A stretch of 64,000 bases of DNA from Mobula hypostoma (lineage: Eukaryota). A program made the translations under genes and the position numbers. Shown here in pieces: positions 40,574 to 64,000 of the stretch (position 1 is the first letter of the stretch; each line of letters starts with the position of its first letter). A model generated the notes under the pieces. The model worked only from the letters and a program-made list of their open reading frames with translations, made no database searches and had not been told where the DNA came from. The DNA is taken from positions 46,934,001-46,998,000 of the forward strand of contig NC_086107.1 of NCBI RefSeq assembly GCF_963921235.1, in the 5' to 3' direction.

Positions 40574-41199
40574 TTTTGTGTGTGCTGCTCAGATTTCCAG
40601 CATCTGCACGTTCTCCTGACTGTGGCAACAAAGTTCAGATAAGGCAAACAAAGGAAGGCATTTCTATAAAATTCAGTGTATGGTGCGAAATCAACTGGGA
40701 GATGAGTATAAAAGGACAGTAGTTATACTTGCACATTTACATATTTCACACATTAGGTTGAATAATTCCTTGTTCAGAATTTGACTTTCTGAAAAGCATT
40801 AGACTACGATATTATTTGAGTTTTGGTGGGGAGGGGGCTGTATTTAGTGGGTAAACTTCTTGTTTCTTTGCTCCACGCTCCAACTCAGTAGATGGTAGCA
40901 ATGCACCTTTTGTTGGTCTGCCATCCTCCAAGAAGAAAATAGAATGGCTGGCCACTAGATTGATCAACAGCTACTACAATCAATATAGAGAACTGTTAAC
41001 CTTAGTACTTAAACCTAACCACGCCAGCGCTACCAATAGTCTAGTTTAATGTCTCTTATCAGTTTTCTTTAGCAAAATTCTATTTACAAAATTGTAACAC
41101 GTTTAAATACAGTAGATGCAAAATGGCCAAACAAAACCCCCTGGGAAACACGATTTGGGAAAGCTTGGAAGAGTTGCCTGGTTGGTGTTGGGATCTCGT

Positions 41200-43140
41200 C
41201 CCTGCCACCCGTCAGCCTGGGGGAGAGGTGGTGCTGGGGTCACGAATCATTGGGTTGGGAGGTTGAGGACCTCCTCCTCACTCCGGGCGAAATGTCGAAG
41301 GCGGCAACCGGTCCTTCGCTCCCGACGGCCTGCTCCTGCTCCAGCTGCTGGGCGCCGAGGGGCGGCGTGGGCACCTTCACAGTGTTGCCGAATTTCGAGT
41401 AGTCGACCGAGTAGCGGCCATCGTCCTCGTTCACCACCGGCACGAAGCGGTGCCCCCACAGGATCTCGTCGGCCAGGTAGGAGGTGCGGGCTTGGGTGGT
41501 GATGCCAGTCGTCTCGACCACCCCCTCGAGTATGACGACCACCTCGAAGTCCTGGCGCTGCAGGTCGGCGGCCGTCAGGTGGTAGAGGGGGCTGTCGCGG
41601 TCAATAACGTGCGCGACGATGAGCGGCGAGACGAGGAAGATGGCACCGCCGCCCACCGGGTTGTCGAGCAGCACGTCGATCTGACGCAGTGGCTGCACCT
41701 CGCCCTCGGTCGTGGTCGTGCGCCGCACCACCTGGATGCGGATGCTGGCTCCGATAATCATGCTCTTGCGCAGGTCGCCCACGCGGAACATGAGGCAGAG
41801 GCGGCCGTTCCGCGGCGAGATGACGGCGAACTTGCTGAAGATGAGCGTCTCGGCGCGCCGGTGCGCCTGCGACGTCTTCATGAAGATGCAGCCCAGCATG
41901 ATAGCGTTAATGACCAGCCCCACGATGTTCTGCGCTATCAGAACGGTGATGGCAGCCGGGCACTCCTCGGTGATCATGCGGCCGCCGAAGCCGATGGTGA
42001 CCTGCACCTCGATGGAGAAGAGGAAGGCTGAAGTGAAGGAGTGCAGGCTGGTGATACAAGGCACGGCGGGCGGCGCGGCGCCGTTCAGGTCGCCGTGCGC
42101 GAAGGCGATCAGCCACCAGATCATGGCGAAGAGCAGCCAGCTGCACAGGAAGCTCATAGTGAAGATGAGCAGTGTATGTCGCCACTTGAGGTCCACCAGT
42201 GTGGTGAAGACATCCTGCAGGAAGCGGCCCTGCTCTCGGATGTTGGTGTGCGCGACATTGCAGGCGCCGTTCTTATTGACGAAGCGTACCTTACGCTGCT
42301 TCTCCCGGTAGCGCGGCCGCGACACGTCCTCCACCAGCCGCAGTACATACTCCTCGGGGACGAGGTCCTTTCTGGCCAACATCCCCGGCCCATTGCCGAC
42401 TGCCCGTCTGAACTCAGCCGAAGTCACGGCGAGAGAGGCGGAGAGGAGCAGTCCCACTCTGCCCGGCTCTGCTCATCAGCTAAGGAAGGACGCGAGGGGA
42501 GGGGATGTGAAGGGAGGGGAGGGCACGATGTCGTCCACCAGCAGCAGCTTCAGCTGCCGCCGCCAATCATGACCGTAACTAGATAGGGGAGGCTGACGGG
42601 CTCCGGTGTCCGGCAGTTCCTGACCCGCGGCTTCCCCAGCCGTGCTGTCGGTATTGGCAGCAGGTCCTCCCTCTCTCACTGGCACCAGTGATCGCCTTCG
42701 CGCATGTAATTAGATTTTGGCTAGCAACTGCTCGGGAAGGAGACGCTTTCTCTATTATCTCTCTTGGGTATCAATACCTTTGAATATGACTCTTTAAAAT
42801 ATCACTAGCATTAAGGTTGTCTGAATTGTTTTAAACAGGCGCTGCATCAGCACTTGTAGCTATGCGGCCAGGTTAACCCACGGTGATGCAGAGGCTTCCA
42901 CGTATGGCATCTTTCACGGGTTTGTACACCTGTACAAACATTTTCAGGCTTAGCGCTTGACCCTTGGATATTTTGAGCCTCGCTGTTCGAAGCACAGTGC
43001 AGCACAGCAAGCGTAGTTGGGCCATTAGTCATGTACTCGCCCAGCATTAAGTCGGACTGGATTTTCCAGTCGGTAATCAATCAAGGGAAGCGCGTGGAGA
43101 TCAGGTTGCCGCTCGCCCTGTGCGTCTATATTCCCGTCTT
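41200..43140. promoter_or_regulatory. CpG-rich island covering KCNJ11 and its 5' region
   Basis: Visibly GC- and CpG-dense against an AT-rich background; not computed. Confidence 0.6.
41240..42382 (-). CDS. KCNJ11: ATP-sensitive inward rectifier K+ channel Kir6.2, 380 aa, intronless CDS
   Basis: MLARK...PEEYVL start, TIGFG filter, FSK (K185 equivalent), [18 protein letters not shown] retention motif. Short M1-pore loop, no CDS intron, and adjacency to ABCC8 favour KCNJ11 over KCNJ8. Confidence 0.93.
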   Translation of the reverse strand: MLARKDLVPEEYVLRLVEDVSRPRYREKQRKVRFVNKNGACNVAHTNIREQGRFLQDVFTTLVDLKWRHTLLIFTMSFLCSWLLFAMIWWLIAFAHGDLNGAAPPAVPCITSLHSFTSAFLFSIEVQVTIGFGGRMITEECPAAITVLIAQNIVGLVINAIMLGCIFMKTSQAHRRAETLIFSKFAVISPRNGRLCLMFRVGDLRKSMIIGASIRIQVVRRTTTTEGEVQPLRQIDVLLDNPVGGGAIFLVSPLIVAHVIDRDSPLYHLTAADLQRQDFEVVVILEGVVETTGITTQARTSYLADEILWGHRFVPVVNEDDGRYSVDYSKFGNTVKVPTPPLGAQQLEQEQAVGSEGPVAAFDISPGVRRRSSTSQPNDS

Positions 43141-43594
43141 TACCTCATTATTTGCTCCTGATAGATTTTCTGTGGTTTGTTCTTTCACTGGATTATGAAA
43201 GGAGTAAAGTGCAGTGCCTCTGAAAGCTATCTGGGACAAATGGGTGTCTGAAACATGTTTCAACATAGTCAAGAACCCACACTTTGCTGCAATAATAAAG
43301 GTGAGCCTTCTGTTCGTGCCTTTAGTATGAGGTAAATTTTATGGCAGCATGTGAACAATTCAACGTTTAAAGTCAGTTCCTACCTGAGATATCTCCCTGT
43401 TATAAAGCCCACCAACAGACTTGGCATTGAAGTAACTGCAGTGGCAGGTGTGTGGTCTTTTAGCTCTAGTGATTCAGGCAATTTCAAATTATTTCATATT
43501 CCTGGTTCAAACGGCTTCCTGTGTTGGAGTTTCAACTTTATTTGCATGTCCTTTTTTTTTAGGATCTTTACACAATCTAGACAACTAGGGTGAC

Positions 43595-44140
43595 AAGATG
43601 AAGCCACACTCAAGTTGGAGGAACAACACCTTATATTCTGTCTGGGTAGCCTCCAACCTGATGGCATGAACATTGACTTCTCTAAGTTCAGTTAATGCCC
43701 CACCTCCCCTTCGTACTCCATCTTTTATTTATTTATATATTTATTTTTTTTCCCCTCTCTTTTTTTCTCCCTCTATCCCCCTCACTATAACCCCTTGCCC
43801 ATCTTCTGGGCTCCCCTCCCCCATCTTTCTCCCTGGGCCTCCCATCCCATGATCCTCTCCCTTCTAGAGCCTGGTATCCCTTTTGCCAATCAACTGTCCA
43901 GCTCTTGGCTCCATCCCTACCCCTCCTGTCTTCTCCTGTCATTTTAGATCTCCCTCTCCCCCCTCCCACTTTCAAATCTCTTACTGTGTCTTCTTTCAGT
44001 TAGTCCTGACGAAGGCTCTTGACCCGAAACGTCGACTGTACCTCTTCCTGTAGATGCTGCCTGGCCTGATGCATTCACCAGCATTTTTTGTGTGTGTTGC
44101 TTGAATTTCCAGCAGCTGCAGATTTCCTCGTGTTTGGAGT
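43595..44140 (+). mobile_element. Penelope 3' end plus pseudo-LTR
   Basis: Matches the 33365-33900 element on the opposite strand (EEQHLIFCLGSLQPDG-coding end). Confidence 0.75.
44002..44037 (+). ncRNA. Minimal hammerhead ribozyme motif with weakened helix II
   Basis: AGUC-CUGACGA-AGGCUCUUGACCC-GAAA-CGUC-GACU. Confidence 0.5.
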
Positions 44141-44703
44141 AACAAATTAACCATTTCTGAATTTAACTGGAGATGCTGATGCTGGAATCTGAAGAAAATA
44201 TGTACTTTTGAAAGAACTCAGCAGGTCTCTGCAGTGTTTGTGGAGTTTTCAATTGAGACCTTGCATTGGGAAGGAATGAGAGGGAGGAAAGATGGTCAAT
44301 GTATGAAAATGCAGAGAGGGAGAGGTGACAGCAGCTTGCATGTGACAGGTTAAAAACAGCTGAGGGGGGGAATTGATGACCAGATGTGGCTGAGGATAAG
44401 GGATGTAAGCTACATAAGCAGAATATAAGGTGTTATACAGTATGATAAACAGCATGGAGTCATAGAACACTATAGTACAAACAGGCCATTCAGCCTATCT
44501 ATTCTATACCAACTTGGTCTGGCTAGCTGCATCTACCTGCATCTGGAACATAGTCCTCCATACCTCACCGATCCATGTACCCACCATCTTGTGTTACTTT
44601 GAGGTACAGTTGACGTTTCGGGCCAAGACCTGAAACCTGATGGCATGAACATTGACTTCTCTAACTTCCGTTAATGCCCCATGTCCCCTTTGCACCCCAT
44701 CCC

Positions 44704-44742
<39 letters not shown>

Positions 44743-44759
44743 CCTACCTACCTACCTAC
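44704..44759. repeat. Compound microsatellite (TTTA)n(CCTA)n
   Basis: Read directly from the sequence. Confidence 0.9.
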
Positions 44760-45899
44760 GTTCACCAGCATTTTTTGTGTGTGTTGCTTGAATTTACAGC
44801 ATCTGCAGATTTCCTCGTGTTTGTGTTACTTTGGGTGGCTTGCAACCTGGTGACTGAATACTGAATATTTTAATTTTGGTTAATTCAGAACCTTTCCCAC
44901 TCGCATTGGTCCTCCCAGCTTTTTGCAACTGTATTCATCTTTTGCCCCTTCACCCCCACCGTTACCATCTAGATACATCCTCTCATCATTTCCACCAGCC
45001 CCCATCAATTAGTTCAACTTACTGTATGCAAACCCTTGACTTCCCCTGTATACTGGCCATCTTTTCTCATCCTTTTCTTTCCTCAGTCCTGATGCAGAAT
45101 CTCAACCCAAAACCTTTTGACTTCACAGATACCTCCCTGACTCTCCAGCAATTACATTTAGCTTTAAGTTTAACTGTGCTTGTGCAGTTAACTCTACACT
45201 TATTTAATGTTGAGAGTTGATAGTCGCAGGATTATATTTAACTTTGTCCATTGCTGGGCAGTCAGAAGAGATTGGGTGATCAAGTCTGTCATTTGTGGGA
45301 TACCACAGGTTACAGCTTTAATCAATCTGCTAAGTAATACTTCTTACCAAAATGTGGCATTTCCATTTCAGCAATTCAAGTGCTAAATATAACCATGGGA
45401 CTATTGGTATTCATCCTTTAAAAATGTTGATAGAACAACAACTTCCATGGACAGCACGAGCACAGTATATTTATGGGATAGGTGGGAAGTTAAATAAACG
45501 GAAGGTTAGTTTGGGAAAACTTGTACTGGCATTCTTCGACTGTACCTGGCATTGAAGTGACATTTCTGTCACAAAAAGTAAGAATATCCTAAAAGAAAGT
45601 TCTTTTCTGGAGTCAGGTGGGTCAGCCAGTAGTATTTCAACTACAGATCCCCTGTAAATGCAGTACAATAATTGGATAAAACTGAAGTTAAAATTGCGAT
45701 ATTTATATTTGCAATAGGGGTGTTTGGAATGGCAAGTTTTTGGATTGACGCTTGTTAGCGATAGTGAGAACTTGGAAGAAAGATTTGTAACAAAATAAGA
45801 CCAAATTGACATATGATTATTGTGGTACTATAACTACTATGGCATCACAATTCTGGGACTGATTAGGATTCCAGCCAGGCAGAACTGTGCATGTAGCTA

Positions 45900-47110
45900 A
45901 CCTTTGAGTTTAATGTGGGAAAGGATGAGATCATGCACTTGGGTAAGAAAAAGTGAAGTGGATTGTTACCTAAATGAAGAGAGAGAAAGACTGCAAATGC
46001 ATAAAGTTCAGGAGGATCTAGGTGCTTTAGTGTATGTAGCACAAAAAGTTATCAGCAGGTTCAATGACAAGTTAAGAAGGCAAATGATATGTTGACCATT
46101 ATTATGAAGAATTTGGAGTTTAAAAATAACTTTTCATTTACAGTTGCGCAGGGTGTTGGTGACACCAGATCCACAATAATGTTCACAATTTTGGCCCCCT
46201 TACTGAAAAAGAGATATAATGACACAGGGTTGATCAAAAGGAGATTTACCAAGCTAATTCCTGGAATGGGAGAGAAACTAAACAAAGTTCCATTGAGTTC
46301 AGAGAATGAATAGAGACTTTATTCAAACATATATAATTCTAAGGAGGGTGGACAAATGTTCACAAGTGTGAGAGTTATGAAATACTGATGAGCTGAGGGT
46401 AATGAGGAATTGAGGCCAGCATTAATCAGGGATGAACATACTGAATGGAGGGACAGGCTTGAAGGACTTTGTGACCTACTTCTGCTCTGTTTAATGTGCT
46501 CTGTTAGAGAATCATAGAGTTATACAGCACAGAAACAGGCTATTTGGCCCATACACTCATGGCAACTTATTTGCCTATCTATGTTCTCTGATCCCGTTTG
46601 CTTGTTCTAGGACCACCCCTTGCTATATCTTTCCTACTTAATCCACTGATTAATATATAAATATATGGACAATAAATATAGTTATTGAACCTAATTCCTC
46701 CATCTCCTCCGGTAGTATTTTCCAGATAGCAAACAGTTTGTGTAAAAAACATCACTTAATCCCCTTTAAAACTCCAACCCTTTTAGATAAAAATGATGTC
46801 CTCTTGCCTTTGACATCCTCATTATAGGAAAAAGATATTGATCATCTACCCAGTCTATGTCTTTCATAATTCTACATACTTCTGTTGGGTCATTCCTTGG
46901 CCTCTTTCACTTAAGAGAAAACAAACCAGCTTATCCAATCTGTCCCCACAGCTAAAGTCCTCCAATCCAAGTGATGTCCTGATGAACCTCTTCGCACTGC
47001 TCCAATGCAATCACACCCTATAATCTGGCAGCCTTCACTGCACAAGATACTCCAATTGCAGCTTAACTAGTGTTTTGTGAAGTTGCAACATAACGTGACA
47101 ACTTCTGTAT
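45900..47110. mobile_element. Strongly decayed CR1 fragments in both orientations
   Basis: RRFTKLIPGM-like remnant (+) and reverse-strand remnant near 46700-47100. Confidence 0.5.
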
Positions 47111-50100
47111 TCCATCCCCCACCTTGGTAGTGTAGGTGTTAGAGCTAGAAAGATATGTCCCAAGTTGTAAGCAATAATACTTAAGGATTTCAAGTGTTAT
47201 TACAAGTTTTGATTTGCATCTTATTTCTATCCCCTTTCTTCCTAATTAAGTATTTGGAATTCTAAATTTCATAATTGTAGCTAAATCTGCTTTCAGCTTT
47301 TGTGTGAAGTCCCTCTGACTCAAAATAACAGAGCTGAAATTTCAATTGTGCTTTATCCCCAACTCTGCCACTAGAGAAAATAAATTTTAATCTTTCACAT
47401 CATTTCCGCCAATCATCATAAACATTTTAATTGAATAATCCTGTAATCCCATTAGATAATCTTTTTTTAAAAATATAAAATGTTGGATCTTCTCTTCAAC
47501 TATTTTGGTTCCATGTAAATTTAGTAAATGAATTCTTCACAATCTCCCTTTGAAGTAGATCCATGGTGGCAATGTTATTTGTATTTTAGAGATTAATTGA
47601 AGTGTAACAGGGTTTGACGAACAACAGACACAAACTTGCCTTGCAGTTTTAGAAAATGCCAGCCTACTTTGTAGCCCAGATAAATGAAGATAGCCAAACT
47701 CAAGATGGCTTGGCTCCAATAGTTCAATGGCAAATTAAATGCCGCACACCTGTTGCCTATGTCACCTCAGCTCCAAGTACAGCCCTGGCTGATAGTTATG
47801 ATCGATGGTTACAGGAGTGCAAAGATGAAATGACTTACAAGTATGAAGTAGGTAATTTAATTGGGTATGTAGTGTGGTTGCATTTGTCAGTGGAACAGAA
47901 TAAATTAAGCCTATAAATTTTGCTGTTGACTTTCTCAGTAGTATTTGTGATGCAGTTGTCTGCAGAACTGTGATATGATAACTTGCCAGAACCATAATGA
48001 GCTGGAAGACCACTTCCTCATCAAAAATTCTATTCTTTTTCCTGGGTTGAATCTCGCTGCTTCTTTCAATATGTTATGAATATTCACTGTCAAGATTGTA
48101 GAAGTCTGACATCAAAATAATAGTAAGGGAAAGTTCACATCTAGTTGTACGGAGCAGCCAGATGCATCAAATATAGCTAGTACTGTGGACTGTTAGAATT
48201 TGCTAGCATGCTGCAAAAAAAAAGACCAAAATAATTGCCTGTTGATACTATGAATGATTCTGAACTACCCCAGATCTGAATGTGAATATTTAAGATATTA
48301 CTGTACTTGACCATCTGCTGGAGAATTCTGGATAACTATTTTACCCATGATTGAGTTGAACACATATAATTTTCTCCCTTATTTATAAAAGTATCTTTGG
48401 GTCTTTAATTTGCAAATGATGATCTTCTGTGGTATTGATAACTGGAAGCAATTCACTGGAAACGGCGACAGATGAGCTATAAACAATTGATTCTCCTCCA
48501 GCATTTCTTTACTCCACACCCTTACTACAGGGAATAGGGACTGTTTGATTGTTCCAGGAAACCATTTTGCTGCCAGAAAGTTTGCTGGCCTCATTTCCGT
48601 GCGACGCCATTCTAAGTATCAGATTCATCTATGAGTTTTGAATGTATTGATAGGAAGCCCGTCAAAGCAGCTAACTGAAACTGATTAATGATGCGTGTGA
48701 ACAAGTGCTTTACATCCTGTTACCATGTTTAAATTTCTAGTTAAACTTAAAAAGTGCACTGTGGCTAGAAGTGAGAGCTTATCACCATTGCAGTACTGAT
48801 GTTGCAGAGGAATTTGAGGTGTGGATGAGAGTATTGGTTATTGTCGGTCCTGAATTTCCACTGTGTGCATTGCACAATGCCCTTAAAACAGGCAAGTAGC
48901 ACAAGAAATTCTGCAGATGCTGGAAATCCAAAGTGATACACACAAAATGCTGGAAGAATTCAGCAGGTCAGGCAGCATCCATGGAAATAAACAGACAGTT
49001 GACCCTTCTTCAGGACTGAGAAGGAAGGCAGCTAATTTGTTCCCCTCTACAGCAACTGGTTAGCGATGGTAACTATCCACTCTGTCCTAACTGCTCATCA
49101 TCATTTTCCATACTTGTTTCCAATCTCCCCTTGTTCTACTCCAAATAGCCCCATTTTCTGATCGATTGTTTTGGATGTAGTCTCTCATCCCTGGAACGAT
49201 GCTCTTAAATCTTTTCAGGACACCTCCTAATACATTCCAACAATGTGATAATCGGAAAGAAACACAATATTCCAGTTGAGGCTTGGCTGGTGTTTTAAAC
49301 TGTAGTTAAAATCCTCCCATTCTGACTACCCTATATAATGTTTGCATTTCTCTGCAATTTTCTTGCATTTTTGCTCCTTTACAGTTTTCCAACTCATACT
49401 GTGCATGAAGTATGTAATATTCACATCACTTTTTTTTAGCCACAACCAAACAAATCACATTTCCATGATAACTATGCTTGTAGTTTTATATTTACTATAT
49501 TCTGCATTCATATACTTGCCCAGTAAAACAAATTAGTTTTGATTTATTTTCATTGTCACTAAAGTCCTTACTCTGTTGTAATCTGGTAAAAGCTGTCTGA
49601 TTATTTTGTTTTCTTTTGCCTTCAGCTAAATAATTTTCCTACTCCGGTGTATTGCTATGCTTGTAGATTCTTACCCTTCCTGATACCCTCCAGTTATCGA
49701 CAGATTTATTATTGTCCTGCACTGTGGTCTTCTTAAATACCTCTTCCTTGAGTCCTGCCTTCCATCTCCAGATGAACTTTTCTCTCTGCTGATTCTGTTT
49801 TGGGGTTCACAGCCCCAACCAAACTAGTTTAAACAGCAGTACCTGTTTTACAGGGAAATTAGCGTTCCTGAGGAGCTGCAACTGGCCTAGTTTGTAGCAG
49901 TCCCCATCTTTTGTAGAAAAGATTCCAGTTCCTTTGGAATCTAAAGCTTCACTTTCCACCCATCTGCCCAATCACATTTCAACTTCCTATTTCTGCACTC
50001 ATCAAGATGTTGCACAGATAGTAATTGCAGATAAGAACATTGAAGTCTTGCGTTTTAACCTCAATTCTAATTTCCTAAACATGCATGCAGGACCTCACCT

Positions 50101-50617
50101 CTTTTTCTACCATTATCACTGGTACTTAAATGTACTAAGACCGTAGCTGTTCACCTTCCCCTTCAAGTTGTTTGCAGAATATTAGACACCTTTGACTCCG
50201 CAACCAGGTAGGTAGACACCATCTTGGAGTCGTATCAAACCACAAAAATGCTGTTTTCTTTGTTTGGAATGAATGATTGTGTCAGATTTATATTGAGAAG
50301 GAATATATAGGTAGTAGATTGGGGAGAGGGGGAAGTCTTCCAATTACTATATATGTAAATTTATTGTAAAATATTGTAGGTATATGGTAGAATTATTTAG
50401 ACTTTGGAAAGTTTTGGAACTCTTCAAACTTTTTTGTTAGAAGAGGCTTTGTGTTAATGTGAATGTTAGTCTGATTTGTTGTCTCTTTTTGTAGTAAATT
50501 TGAACAATGCATGTGGTCTAGCTATAAAATCCATTCACTGAATGATGGTTTAATGTTTTATGTTGCTACTGAGCAAAACTTTGGCCACTACAACGCATCC
50601 ATAAGAAATATGCCAAT

Positions 50618-50623
50618 TTTATT
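50618..50623 (-). terminator. Candidate ABCC8 polyadenylation signal AATAAA
   Basis: About 42 nt after the B-exon stop; another AATAAA at 50360-50365. Confidence 0.4.
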
Positions 50624-50664
50624 TACAGAACAAATGAAATTACAAATGCAGTTATTGCTGTGTA

Positions 50665-63201
<12,537 letters not shown>

Positions 63202-64000
63202 CTGTGGGAAAAAGAAAAAAAAACTAATTCAGAATGCGAGTTTTACAAGTTCTTCTGATTATTTTAGAATCATTGTGGCTCAGAAGAAGCTCTTTAAATC
63301 CAGACCAACTTCTAGTACAGTAATCAGTTAGTTCTATTCTCCTTTTTACCATAACTAGGAATAATATTATTTAGAACAGGTATGTGCACACTACAGTCCT
63401 TACCCAGGCTACTGCACTATACCTTTCTGCAGGAGGTACACATCAGAGATAAAGTCAGCATAACTTATACATCCCCAAATTTCCCTTGATCTTTATTGAC
63501 TTTGAAACTGTTAACCTGTTTCAACTTGATTTCCTGGCAATAGTATGGAATACGTTTTTCATTTTGATTATTTACTAAGGTGAGGTCATGTCAAAAGTAG
63601 TGGATTGGGTGGACATGATCTTTGTGGTCAGGAAGTTCAAGAAGTTTCCACATTTATTGAAGACGGAGGGGGAGGAGTTGGAAAATAATTTAAGGTGCAT
63701 TGGAATAAAGAGTCGAAGACTTTTATTTGCATACTGGGATTATTCTGGATCGATGAGATTTTGGCAGATGGAACCCAGATGTATTTTACAACAAAATCAA
63801 TTATATACCATATTTAAGTCTAGATCTGTTGGATAGGAGGATAGAGATGAACACTGTATCAGGGACAGTGCAGGTTGAAAGCTGGCCTTTGAAGGAACAA
63901 ATGGCATCAAACTGGAGGAAGATTTGGTGGGGTACTGCAGTAACTGTTTAAGTGAGCCACCCCATCCAACACATCATTCTCTGCAAATTATTCAGTGGGA

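Noticed and set aside
41240-42457. KCNJ8 (Kir6.1) identity, suggested by MLARK and KWRH; the 405-aa ORF as the primary product
   Set aside because: Intronless CDS, short outer loop, K185 equivalent, [14 protein letters not shown] and short tail fit Kir6.2. The track ORF starts at GTG; the conserved ATG is at 42382.
41116-42586. Long + strand and alternative-frame ORFs over KCNJ11 (for example 41450-42031 and 42041-42586)
   Set aside because: Shadow ORFs caused by high GC3; no recognisable domains.
47537-48594. Short ORFs between ABCC8 and KCNJ11, checked as a possible third terminal exon
   Set aside because: No HRV-type start or ABC similarity.

Overview
Vertebrate genomic DNA, most likely a cartilaginous fish (probably a ray, inferred from the repeat families). 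It holds the syntenic block NCR3LG1(+) / KCNJ11(-) / ABCC8(-), matching the human 11p15.1 order and orientation as I recall it. (1) The B7-H6/NCR3LG1-like gene has nine in-frame, phase-1 coding exons: V, C1, transmembrane, then six more Ig domains after the membrane anchor (about 941 aa; no signal-peptide exon found). (2) KCNJ11 (Kir6.2, 380 aa) is intact, has an intronless CDS and lies in a CpG island. (3) The last exons of ABCC8 (SUR1) end in two alternative terminal coding exons: an ordinary SUR1/SUR2B-type exon and, just upstream, an intact SUR2A-type exon that mammalian ABCC8 lacks. This putative 'SUR1A' isoform and the post-TM Ig array are the two most notable observations. The remainder is retroelements (Nimb/I, CR1 including a CR1 nested in a CR1, L1, Rex, RTE, Penelope with hammerhead ribozyme motifs), SINEs, and Tigger and hAT MITEs. 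Exon boundaries were read by eye from AG/GT sites and reading frame. Comparisons with human proteins are from memory, not from database searches.
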